Below, piece after piece: positions 55,207 through 64,000 of a stretch of 64,000 bases of DNA (position 1 is the first letter of the stretch; each line of letters opens with the position of its first letter). Source of the stretch: a virus (taxonomy: Duplodnaviria; Caudoviricetes); IMG/VR virus record IMGVR_UViG_3300025018_000093, one strand, 5' to 3'. The position numbers and the translations under genes are program-made. A model generated the notes under the pieces. The model made no database searches. It saw nothing but the letters and a program-made list of their open reading frames with translations, and was not told where the DNA came from.

Positions 55207-58200
55207 TGACCGAGAAGTTCTACAACGTACAGAACACGCCGAATACAGTGTCGGCGGATCGTGACCCAGACGAGCGCGGCTTTCTGGGGACGGTGGTCCA
55301 GAGTGGCAAGCCGGTAATTGACTATGAGTTTCAACTCTTCTGGGATATCCAGGCAAATCTTCGGGAGGTGGTGCGTCGTCGCCAGCTCCCTTCTGGATTC
55401 CTGAAGGGTCAGGCGCGCAAAGACAGTTATCTTGACTTCAGCTTTGATGCACCAACGGATGTCGGGTTCACAGCTAACACGTTCCACATGCGACGTCAAA
55501 CGGCCATCGTGGCAGGAATGCCCGTGGTGGTCGAGTACACGGGGACGAGCACACCGGGTGACAACCTCATCCAGCTCAGTGATCCGCCTATTCTTGGCGG
55601 GACTTCCCCAGATGTGAAGCGGACGGACTTCGTGTTCCTGGAAGTCTGGTTGGCTCTCGTAGGCCCCTCTCCAAGGGCGCGCGGCACGGTCACGGTGAGC
55701 ACAGTGCCCACCGATGGGGACACCGTCACGATCAACGGGAACGTCCTGACGGCACGTTCCGGTGTTCCCGGGGCGGATGAGTTCCAGATTGGAGTGAATG
55801 AAACTCTGACGGCTGCGAACATGGCTGTGTCCATTAACCTGGGGACTAACAGCTATTCCGGGGATGTTGCGGCTTTTGCCTCTGGGGGTGTGGTTACCTT
55901 GACCGCGCAAACACCGGGGGCTGTTGGAAATGCGCTGACCCTCGCCACCTCCGTCCCCTCAGTGCTCGTCCTCTCAGGCCCAACCCTGACGGGTGGTGCG
56001 AATCGTCCCAACAAGCCAAACGAGACTTCGCTCTATCGCCATGGAAACACCCTCTGTGATTCAGCGGTGTATCTCCAGGATGACCTAGCAGATCCCCTTG
56101 TTGTGGTTGAATCTGCGCAACGTATTCAGGTGCAATATCGTTTGCGTACAACGGGGCAAGCGGAAGCGGTCAACTTCCAGATGCAGCCTGACGGCTTTAG
56201 CAGTCCCAATGTTTTGGCACAGGGCGGGGAGTCTTCCCCCGTGGCGAGCTACTACTTTGTCCCTGCTGACCAGACCACGGTTAGTGGAAACAGCGACGCC
56301 ACGACCTACAAGCACACGGACCCAGGACTTTGGATTGCGGGTGATGGCTCCTCCACAGCTGCGGCGGCACTCCAGACTTTGGATGGCCGTGTCTACGCGA
56401 TCCCCGTGGGGTTCGTGTTTCGCCGCAACGATGCCTACTTGTCCGGGGCCGGGGCGGGGTTCGATCCTCGCAACAATGCGAATGGCGCTCTCCCAACGGT
56501 GCATGCGATCTTCTCGAATCCCTTTGTGGGGTCCATCGCAGCGAACACCTCAGACCGTCCTGACAATGCGTTCTCCGATGCGATCAACGAGAATGATCTT
56601 CTCGACCTACGCCGACATGTGACGACACTGGGGCATGACCTGCAGAGTGAGCTTCAGTGGCAGATGCAGTCTCTCCTAGACGGGATGACACGCACATGGG
56701 CTATTGACACCTCCGACAAACAGGACCTTGGTTCGGGCTCTGGCGACGTGTCCACTCGTTTTTTGGTTGCCAACGAAATCGGTCGTGACTCCGGGCATGG
56801 TGGGAATAACAGCACCTCTGGAGATACAACCCGAGGCGTGACCATTCGCAATTTCGACCATATGGCAAGACGGTTTGGGGACCAGTCCGTGATTGAACGG
56901 GTTGTCTTCGAGCTATACCCTCAGGACCGTCTCATCGGTCCCGTGACGTCTCCTGGCAGAGTCAACTCTGGGAAGTACGTTGTGAAGTCCCCTTCTGCCC
57001 CAGGTAACGCAGGGTGGTTTGTGGGCGATGTTCTGCACGTCGACTTGACTTCAATGAACGTTTCCACGGATGGTACCTTTGATCCTGCCACCTCAAGTCT
57101 TGCAGCGATACTGGAGAACATCCTAGACTTCGCTCCACCGGGGACGGTCATCACAGACATCCTCTCGGTGTATCACGATGATGGCAACTGGAGTTCGGCG
57201 GTCGATCAGAGAGTCCAAGTCACCACCATTGTGGGCTTGGGCACGGGCCATGTGGAGATCACCCTAGACGAGAACCCACAGCTCGTATCCGGGGGTCAGA
57301 CGATTAGCGCTGCCGCAACAGGAACTGTCCTGCTGACTGCAAATCCTTCTCCTGGGGATACGGTGACCATAGCGGGTGTGGTTCTTGTTGGTGTCGCACT
57401 TGGAAGCCCTCCTGGACCCAACCAGTTCACCATTGACGGTACCATCCCCGAGACCGTGGCAGGGCTCCGTAGCTCGATTAATTCCAACATCCCTGCGGTT
57501 CACGCAGCAGCCGTCGGGTTTGGGGGAGCCCAACTCGACCTCTCGGCAACAACTCTGGGTGCTGCAGGCAACTCAATTGGTCTCTCGACAAGTAACCCCA
57601 CGGACATAGTGTTTTCTGGTTCCACTCTCACAGGTGGTCGGGATGGAGTCACTGTCACACCGATGGTGGGATCCGGCACGGATGATACGGGATCTCCACG
57701 GAGAATCTTCGTGGAGCTAGAGGTTACCTATGCCCTGGGTAACGGTCTGACGGATACTCCAGACTACCCCGTGACTCCGAATGTGCTGAACTACCCTGCA
57801 GGCCCTGTCCTTGAAAACGATGTCACGCAGAGACCTGCTGACATGGAAGGTTTGATCCCACCCAAGTTCAGGGAGGGATTTCGAGAGATTGGTGTGGAGT
57901 ACGTGGCGGGAGCCAACGGAGCTGGTACCCCCATTGGGGGTATCATCACGGAGCAGTTTGTCAGTCGAAGCCCCACAGAGATCGTCTTCCTTCGACGTCT
58001 GTATGGTTCTTCCACGGCGCTGGTCAACGTGACGGATGCAAACACGGTATCCCCCGTGCCCGTAGACGTTACCAACACCGAGTATGGGAGTAGCTCTCGC
58101 AAGTTGGTCCTGGGCGGTGCTCTCTCGGGAGCACAAACGTTAGCCACGGTGACCTACTTTGCACAAGATCCGTTGCCCAACTATGGGGCAGCTGGGGGTG

Positions 58201-58865
58201 GATACCAAATCACCACCTATTTTAGGTCCACAGCTCCCCAGACAGTGGGTGTCAAAGATGGACTCATGTATGGTGGTGGAGGACCTCTTCCGCAGACGTT
58301 GGTGGTTGAGCCCTTGCTCATGTCGCAGAAGCTATGGACGGGGCAGACGGGTACGGGATCTCTTGATCCTTCCTACCCCTTTGCTCTTCCTATGGACCAG
58401 ATCCCCGTCAACCAAGGTCTTGGGTTTTTCCCCGGAGAGTGGTACTTCTGTGCCACCTCTGAGATCAGCATTGACGACTTCAACGCAGACACAGGTCTTC
58501 TGCACCTTCCTGTCTTCGTGCCTCCAGCAGAGACAGTGCAGTTCTCCTTTGGTGGTGGGTCTAACCCCCCTGCAAAGGATATTGAGTTCCGGGCCTTCTA
58601 TGGATTCGCGGAGGATACTGCGTATCGCCCGACGGTCCTGTCACAGCCGCTTTCCGGGGTTGTGCGACACAAGGTGTTTACACCCTTCCTGGCACGAGCT
58701 ACAGAGGACTGTCTCTTGTTCCGTAAGGATGAGGTGCTGCTGATGGTGCTGACGCGGTGGGCGGAACTTGACGAGAACAACGCGGTACGCTTCACGGATA
58801 CGGACAACCGTACTTGTGTTGGGGTGTACCGGACTCGTAATTTACTGGTCCTCGCGGGGGACTGA
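55206..58865 (+). CDS. Large virion structural protein with two copies of a ~110-aa sheath-decoration-like domain; paralog of the 63229 ORF
   Basis: Repeated 'GTV...P..GDTVTI.G...F.I...T....IN...L.A...GA.GN...L.TS.....SG.TLTGG' at 55671-55997 and 57309-57638. Confidence 0.75.
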   Translation: MTEKFYNVQNTPNTVSADRDPDERGFLGTVVQSGKPVIDYEFQLFWDIQANLREVVRRRQLPSGFLKGQARKDSYLDFSFDAPTDVGFTANTFHMRRQTAIVAGMPVVVEYTGTSTPGDNLIQLSDPPILGGTSPDVKRTDFVFLEVWLALVGPSPRARGTVTVSTVPTDGDTVTINGNVLTARSGVPGADEFQIGVNETLTAANMAVSINLGTNSYSGDVAAFASGGVVTLTAQTPGAVGNALTLATSVPSVLVLSGPTLTGGANRPNKPNETSLYRHGNTLCDSAVYLQDDLADPLVVVESAQRIQVQYRLRTTGQAEAVNFQMQPDGFSSPNVLAQGGESSPVASYYFVPADQTTVSGNSDATTYKHTDPGLWIAGDGSSTAAAALQTLDGRVYAIPVGFVFRRNDAYLSGAGAGFDPRNNANGALPTVHAIFSNPFVGSIAANTSDRPDNAFSDAINENDLLDLRRHVTTLGHDLQSELQWQMQSLLDGMTRTWAIDTSDKQDLGSGSGDVSTRFLVANEIGRDSGHGGNNSTSGDTTRGVTIRNFDHMARRFGDQSVIERVVFELYPQDRLIGPVTSPGRVNSGKYVVKSPSAPGNAGWFVGDVLHVDLTSMNVSTDGTFDPATSSLAAILENILDFAPPGTVITDILSVYHDDGNWSSAVDQRVQVTTIVGLGTGHVEITLDENPQLVSGGQTISAAATGTVLLTANPSPGDTVTIAGVVLVGVALGSPPGPNQFTIDGTIPETVAGLRSSINSNIPAVHAAAVGFGGAQLDLSATTLGAAGNSIGLSTSNPTDIVFSGSTLTGGRDGVTVTPMVGSGTDDTGSPRRIFVELEVTYALGNGLTDTPDYPVTPNVLNYPAGPVLENDVTQRPADMEGLIPPKFREGFREIGVEYVAGANGAGTPIGGIITEQFVSRSPTEIVFLRRLYGSSTALVNVTDANTVSPVPVDVTNTEYGSSSRKLVLGGALSGAQTLATVTYFAQDPLPNYGAAGGGYQITTYFRSTAPQTVGVKDGLMYGGGGPLPQTLVVEPLLMSQKLWTGQTGTGSLDPSYPFALPMDQIPVNQGLGFFPGEWYFCATSEISIDDFNADTGLLHLPVFVPPAETVQFSFGGGSNPPAKDIEFRAFYGFAEDTAYRPTVLSQPLSGVVRHKVFTPFLARATEDCLLFRKDEVLLMVLTRWAELDENNAVRFTDTDNRTCVGVYRTRNLLVLAGD

Positions 58866-58901
58866 GACTAGCTCTACAGATGAGAACAGGAGAGGGATAC
58901 A

Positions 58902-61900
58902 ATGCCTCGAAAGATTGATCCGGGCACAATCAAGATCGGTGGAGGTCTGAAGACCTCTCAGCAGGAGCCCACGAGCCTTCTTGGGGAAATATCTGCGAGC
59001 CTCACAGAGCACGTCACGACCTATTCGGGTGCCCATACCGCCGCCTCGATTGAGATTGATGGGTATCCCCCACAGTTCATCTCCCGGAATGTCGAGGGTG
59101 CCCTTGATGAGCTGTCTGCTTTGATTCCTCCGCGACCAGCTGTCCTGGGTTCCTACCGTACAGGGGTAGGGGATTCCGGAATTCCAGACTGGGGTATCTT
59201 GAAGCTTAACGATTCCTCCCTGGATGAGCGACCCTGGATGGTGAGTTGGGGTGGTAGCGGGGCGGAGGAGATTTACGGTTACTACTACACTGCCCCCACA
59301 CCGAGGCTCGCGGCTACGGACTATGCTCCCCGTGGAGCGGATGACACTACGGACTCCACGTTCAATGTCTATGACTTGAAAACTCCTGGTGGTGGACCAG
59401 GGCAGAGCCATGCAGGAGCCTTCACCCGTATCGTGGGGACGGATCACCCGGCGATTCAGTCACTGCGTCTCCTCCCATCCTCGGGACCCACCGGAGGTCA
59501 GAGTGTTCTTTTGTCCGGGGTTCTGTACCCCGCAGACAAGGGTGTTCTGGCTCTTGTTTGTTGGCCCGCTGGTGGAGATACTTCCGACTTTCTGGCGCAA
59601 GACCTGAAGACGAGATGTCCTGCGGCGTTGCTTCTGGGCTTGGGTGTTGACTCCGGTTGCGATGGACTAGTTGGTGGCATTTTCACCCTGGGGGACGATG
59701 GCACAGGGAACTATGATCCCTTTGCTTTCCCAGGGCAAGCCACGGGTCAGTATGACCTTCAAGAGTTGAACAGTGGTCTGTCCACGATTGATGGCACGCC
59801 ACTGCCGATCACGGCAAACCCCGGAGCGGGTCAGGTACGTCTGGGCACAAACCCTGGAGCGGGTCCTGTTGTGACGGATGGGATTACGATTCTGGGTGGG
59901 GGTGTCTCTTCCATTGGAGGTGGCTCTGCGGGTGTTGACAGCGATTTCACCAACTTCTTCCGTTATCGTCTTCCGTACCTGTCAGACTACAGCGATGGCA
60001 TTCTGGGACTCCCCTATACGCCAGCAGCGGACAAGCCTCGTTACTACATGAAGCCATTGATCTCGCTGTCCACCGGAACAGACATGCGGCAGGCCGGGGA
60101 TTACACAGACTTCACGAAGGACTATTGGACCTTCCAGGTTGCTCGCTACCGGCATTTCTTTGAGATGGATGATACGTTGCTCACGGCGGGAACGCCCCGC
60201 GAGAATGGTACGTACCTGCTTCTGCATTTCAAGACGGAAGCTGCTTTTGAGGCATTGGTACGGGACGGTGTGGCTCCTGCGGATACGGACTTGTACAGTC
60301 GAAATCTGGTGGACTGGACGAACCCAGAGTCCCCGGAGAATATCGCGGACAATGATCCGGCTAACGGATACCCCCAGGCTAGCAGCTACCATGTGGTGCG
60401 TTCGGCAGTCTTCGAAGACCCTGCGGGTCTTGATGATCCCACTGTCACGATTGCGTCTTTTGCCATCGACAGAAATGGTGGTGTGGATGAGGGTCTCGCG
60501 ACCTGGGTTAGTGGCATTGCTTACTACTCCCCAATCACTTCTATGGGAGCCAGTCCTTTCCGTATTGACGACTTGAGTTTCACGGTCCACGACTTGTTTG
60601 CGCATACGTACCACACGGCAGAACCAGGTGTTTCCGCAGGGGGTGCCTACCTTGGAAACATGAATCCTGCTGTGGTCAATTTAGCGCCCTTCAGCTATGA
60701 GGGTACGACAATGTTTGTGGGCTTCACACCGCAGCTTGTCGCCCGGCAACGCTTGGAGTTTGCCTACGGGGACTTGGGAGCCTATTTGATCACGGATGGT
60801 CCCTTGTCCACAGACGTGGCAACTTTCTCTGCAGGAGAAAGCGAGATCCAGCTTCAAGGTGACGGCTCTTCGCCAGCTTTCTCGCAAGATGCGAAGATGC
60901 GACTGTTCCTGCGTCGTCCCTTGGGGCACGAGTCTGTCAGCACTACAATCCTTCCCTTCCCCTCCGTGCCGATACCTGAAGTGGGTGGGAAGAAGATTCT
61001 CTTCCACTCGACAAAGGGAAGCGCGGGTGCGTTCGGGAACATCGAGACAGCAGTTGGTTCAGGGGTGCCCACGTCTTCTTTGCAGAGTGCCCTGAAGGAT
61101 CGCTCGGAGCGATTCCTGGATGAGGTTTACCGCTATCGCATGAAGTGGGACAGCGGGACGTTGCCGGCAGCGGATGCTAGCAAATTGTTGGGTCCTGGCC
61201 TTCCCACGGGAGCTTCGAGTATCGACCTCCCTGTTCGTGCCGGAGATGGAGCCACCTTCGGGGCTCCTTGGGATTCTGTTTCCTGGTTTGCGCAGCGAGA
61301 CTTTGTTGCGCAGCTTTCTGCTGTTCCAGGCGAAGAGGCGCAAGTTGCAGGGTTACCTGAACGTGCGCCTACCTTGGCTCAGACTTACCCCCTCTGGTCA
61401 CCCTTTCCTTCATGTGGTCTCCTTAGCTACCCGAAGCATGACTACAGCGTAGGGTATCGTCCTTCGCTAGCAGATGGGGACCTCACGGCGGCACAATGGG
61501 ACTACAGTGGCATCACTGGGGATTGCTCCTGGAACCGTGCCTTTGATGCGGGGTGGTCCCGGTCTGGCGTGCCGATAGCTGCTGCGGGCCAGCCCTTTGT
61601 GACACTGAAGATATTGGGGCTTCGTTTGGAAGACTTCGCCTATGACAGTCCCGGCCCAGGGTCTGCCGCCATTGCTATCTTTGTCAAAGTCCCAGGCCTC
61701 ACAACTTGGATGGACATTGGTCGTGCAGACGGGGATGGTCCTGGCAAGCAGGACTCTTGGGACGATGGCGCGGGTTGCCAAGTCGTTGGAGCTGAAACTT
61801 TCGATGCCATCGATGTCGATTCGCAATGGCTGTGGTACAGCCAGGTCAAGATCACGGCTGACCCTGTTAACCTGTTCACGAACGCCTGGGGTGAAGTTCC

Positions 61901-62030
61901 CATACTCGTCAAGGTCACCATCAAGGACAGTACCGAGGGGAGAAGTTTGGACCTCTTGCAAACAACAGCAGAGGGTGCTCCAACTTGGTTGCGAGGGGTA
62001 ATGGGGATTGAGGTTGTTCGACCTACGTAG
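58902..62030 (+). CDS. Hypothetical virion protein (1042 aa)
   Basis: Long ORF in the structural operon. N-terminal 'AHTAASI...NVEGALDEL' motif. Confidence 0.75.
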   Translation: MPRKIDPGTIKIGGGLKTSQQEPTSLLGEISASLTEHVTTYSGAHTAASIEIDGYPPQFISRNVEGALDELSALIPPRPAVLGSYRTGVGDSGIPDWGILKLNDSSLDERPWMVSWGGSGAEEIYGYYYTAPTPRLAATDYAPRGADDTTDSTFNVYDLKTPGGGPGQSHAGAFTRIVGTDHPAIQSLRLLPSSGPTGGQSVLLSGVLYPADKGVLALVCWPAGGDTSDFLAQDLKTRCPAALLLGLGVDSGCDGLVGGIFTLGDDGTGNYDPFAFPGQATGQYDLQELNSGLSTIDGTPLPITANPGAGQVRLGTNPGAGPVVTDGITILGGGVSSIGGGSAGVDSDFTNFFRYRLPYLSDYSDGILGLPYTPAADKPRYYMKPLISLSTGTDMRQAGDYTDFTKDYWTFQVARYRHFFEMDDTLLTAGTPRENGTYLLLHFKTEAAFEALVRDGVAPADTDLYSRNLVDWTNPESPENIADNDPANGYPQASSYHVVRSAVFEDPAGLDDPTVTIASFAIDRNGGVDEGLATWVSGIAYYSPITSMGASPFRIDDLSFTVHDLFAHTYHTAEPGVSAGGAYLGNMNPAVVNLAPFSYEGTTMFVGFTPQLVARQRLEFAYGDLGAYLITDGPLSTDVATFSAGESEIQLQGDGSSPAFSQDAKMRLFLRRPLGHESVSTTILPFPSVPIPEVGGKKILFHSTKGSAGAFGNIETAVGSGVPTSSLQSALKDRSERFLDEVYRYRMKWDSGTLPAADASKLLGPGLPTGASSIDLPVRAGDGATFGAPWDSVSWFAQRDFVAQLSAVPGEEAQVAGLPERAPTLAQTYPLWSPFPSCGLLSYPKHDYSVGYRPSLADGDLTAAQWDYSGITGDCSWNRAFDAGWSRSGVPIAAAGQPFVTLKILGLRLEDFAYDSPGPGSAAIAIFVKVPGLTTWMDIGRADGDGPGKQDSWDDGAGCQVVGAETFDAIDVDSQWLWYSQVKITADPVNLFTNAWGEVPILVKVTIKDSTEGRSLDLLQTTAEGAPTWLRGVMGIEVVRPT

Positions 62031-62056
62031 TATCGTTTTCTGGTGGGAGCTAGCCA

Positions 62057-62839
62057 ATGAGAGTTCTGGCAGACCTTTCTTCGAATGACATTCTGCAAGT
62101 GGAGCGCTCCCGAAATATCGGGGAAGCGACCAAGATCAACGGAAAGTATCTCGTCGAGGTTCCTGCGGGGACCCTCAACGTAGATGCGTCATCCTACATG
62201 CTTCCGGTGGACGGTGGGGATGTCACTTCTTTGGCTTACCAGCAGTTGCAGAGCCGATTTTCCCAGTTTCCCAACATCGTGTTCAATCCTTTGTTGGAGA
62301 GTACAGACCAGGCGTTTTTCGATCTGAGTGCAACACTGGACAACAGCACGAATGCGGTACTCCCGGCTCCCTATACAGGGACCTTCCCCGTGCGGGCTCA
62401 GATGGGGAGAGAGGTACCCCCTGCAGGGTTGACTCCTCTATCTTTGGCTCTCCTTCCTCCGAACAGCCACACCACTCCTCCGAAGCCGGGTCTGCTCATC
62501 ACGGATGTGATTGACATCTCTGCGGTGACTGGAGGGTTGGGGGCCACGGACTTCCTGGTGTACTGGAAAGTCTACCAGATGTCCGTGACGGATGACGTCA
62601 TGAGCGACTACGGGATCTTGTCGGGGACTAACAGTCCCGCGATCAAGTCTCTGATTGAGATTGACCCAGAGCTATCAGGGTTCGTGGTGGCCATCTCTGT
62701 GGATGGGGGTGCCACCTACCAGCCCATCAGCCATTTGACTCCCACGTCGTTTTGCCTTGCAGGGACCGAGATTCGTCTTGCTTTCCTGAACACCACAGTC
62801 GAGAAGATTTACCTCGCGACCTACGCGATCCTGTTCTGA
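62057..62839 (+). CDS. Hypothetical protein (260 aa)
   Basis: Clean ORF with GGGAG upstream, in operon context. Confidence 0.7.
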   Translation: MRVLADLSSNDILQVERSRNIGEATKINGKYLVEVPAGTLNVDASSYMLPVDGGDVTSLAYQQLQSRFSQFPNIVFNPLLESTDQAFFDLSATLDNSTNAVLPAPYTGTFPVRAQMGREVPPAGLTPLSLALLPPNSHTTPPKPGLLITDVIDISAVTGGLGATDFLVYWKVYQMSVTDDVMSDYGILSGTNSPAIKSLIEIDPELSGFVVAISVDGGATYQPISHLTPTSFCLAGTEIRLAFLNTTVEKIYLATYAILF

Positions 62840-62878
62840 GTTCTGCAGGTACCCCAGCGCGTTGAGACTGAGCCTACG

Positions 62879-62892
62879 CTATCCCTTCTATG
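62879..62892 (+). promoter_or_regulatory. Recurrent intergenic motif, copy 4
   Basis: CTATCCCTTCTATG. Confidence 0.45.
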
Positions 62893-62951
62893 CGCTGGGT
62901 AAACGGGGGAAGGTTTCGGGAACGTCCCGCGTCTCTAGTAGGAAAACTCTG

Positions 62952-63214
62952 ATGAAGTCGTCGAAACAGGTTGCTCAACGCTTTGCTGCGACTCTGGGTA
63001 TTGATACTGCGGATGCCCTGAGTCGCTTGCTCTCGCCCAAAAGTCCGGCAAAGGCACGCGGGAAGTTGGTCGACCTACACGGAAAAGCCTACCTAGTATT
63101 GCGATTGTCGGATGGCAACCGTCCTCTCCAGTTCCGATAACCAACTCTCTGTTGGTTGTCCAGTGGACCAAATTCGAGAATGGTACCGCTGAAGTGATAG
63201 CTTACATCTCCTGA
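62952..63214 (+). pseudogene. Small gene apparently split across frames 0 and -1
   Basis: The ATG 62952 frame stops at 63140. The -1 frame is open across most of it and ends 'PITNSLLVVQWTKFENGTAEVIAYIS*' at 63214, 14 nt before the next ATG. Confidence 0.35.
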
Positions 63215-63228
63215 GCAGGTGGTCTCTC

Positions 63229-64000
63229 ATGGCAAACTTTGGCAACGGTGTTTCGCGTACTTTGAACCCAGAGCAGAGACAGTTCCTGGCGACGATCTTT
63301 CAGAAGAACAAGCCGCCATTGGACGCCGAGCTGAATCTGGGTCAGCAGCTCCAGTTTGAGGCCCTCTCGGAGTACGTCCGGTCTCAGGTGCCATCTGGTT
63401 GGCTCCTGGATCCCACACGAAGCTCAGATGACTACCAGACCTCCCCGGAGCAGTCCAACTACTTCATCCTGGGGAATCCTGCCAGCGGCGAAACATCTCC
63501 CGTTGTTTGGGCTGTCGTGAACGGATGGCTCCTTCCGGTTGCGGGGACGGACCTCTCTATCGTAGGGGACCTCCGTAACAAGGTGAACCTCTACCCACCG
63601 CCTGCCTCCGACTCACGGGTGGACTTCGTCTTCCTGGAAGTCTGGCAAGCCTTGATACAGGTGAACCCCAGCGAGACTAACAAGCCTTCGGCGCAAAAAA
63701 TCTGGAAGTACGGCAACGTCGAGTTTGGGCAGTACAACGTAGATGATGATCTTCTGGATGGCACCATTGGTCGCGAGACAACGCGACGGGTTCAGCTCCA
63801 GTACCGGATTCGCGTATTCGGACAGGGTTCCGGTTTGGGCTCTAGTGTTGCTCTCGACGTGTACCCCGATGGGATGGATGACCCCAACATCCTGGGTCAG
63901 GGGACGGCGGACAATCCGGTGACTTCGTTCGTGTTTACCAACATGCGCGAGACGTTGGGGGACTCTTCCCTGTGGCGCGCCGGAAACGGCAACCCGAGTA
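63229..64000 (+). CDS. Virion structural protein, 3'-truncated; paralog of 55206..58865 (absent from the ORF track)
   Basis: Translated by hand: MANFGNGVSRTLNPEQRQFLATIFQKNKPPLDAELN...RVDFVFLEVWQALI...NKPSAQKIWKYGN...RRVQLQYRIR... No stop before base 64000. Confidence 0.85.
   Translation, partial: MANFGNGVSRTLNPEQRQFLATIFQKNKPPLDAELNLGQQLQFEALSEYVRSQVPSGWLLDPTRSSDDYQTSPEQSNYFILGNPASGETSPVVWAVVNGWLLPVAGTDLSIVGDLRNKVNLYPPPASDSRVDFVFLEVWQALIQVNPSETNKPSAQKIWKYGNVEFGQYNVDDDLLDGTIGRETTRRVQLQYRIRVFGQGSGLGSSVALDVYPDGMDDPNILGQGTADNPVTSFVFTNMRETLGDSSLWRAGNGNPS

Noticed and set aside
1-64000. Extracellular contractile injection system (eCIS/tailocin) rather than phage
   Set aside because: The size, a 1250-aa TMP, very large appendage genes and homing-type nucleases fit a jumbo myophage. 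No eCIS ATPase or cap gene was recognised. Capsid genes are outside the window, so this is not formally excluded.
45118-64000. Diversity-generating retroelement or invertible fibre cassette
   Set aside because: No reverse transcriptase, TR/VR repeat pair, invertase or flanking inverted repeats were seen by eye. A self-dotplot would be needed to exclude a short TR/VR pair.

Overview
This window is a single + strand, densely packed tail and baseplate module of a large contractile-tailed (myovirus-like, probably jumbo) phage. Gene order: 3' part of tail sheath; a ~5.9 kb accessory insert; tail tube; two putative tail-assembly chaperones; tape measure; two tube-initiator-like proteins (the second carrying an inserted M15 Zn peptidase); hub; spike; a 3556-aa protein; gp25-like, J-like and I-like wedge proteins; several very large fibre/appendage-like proteins, a double-HNH endonuclease and a truncated paralog at the right edge that the ORF track misses. 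The most unusual region is 1464-7395, between sheath and tube. It contains a sigma70-like promoter overlapping a hairpin that hides the ribosome-binding site, a split Zn-finger gene, and a ~550-bp IS607-type remnant. In that remnant the TnpA HTH, a TnpB wedge-like fragment and the TnpB tail are joined in one frame with a single TAG, and the probable omegaRNA-coding right end is kept. The region also holds an unknown 731-aa protein, an RHH regulator and a GIY-YIG protein. A TCCYKTCTAT motif recurs in four intergenic gaps and is a candidate phage late promoter. All product calls come from motif recognition, recalled family resemblance and gene order; no database search or folding calculation was run. 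No CRISPR array, rRNA, tRNA, reverse transcriptase, intron or intein was recognised.
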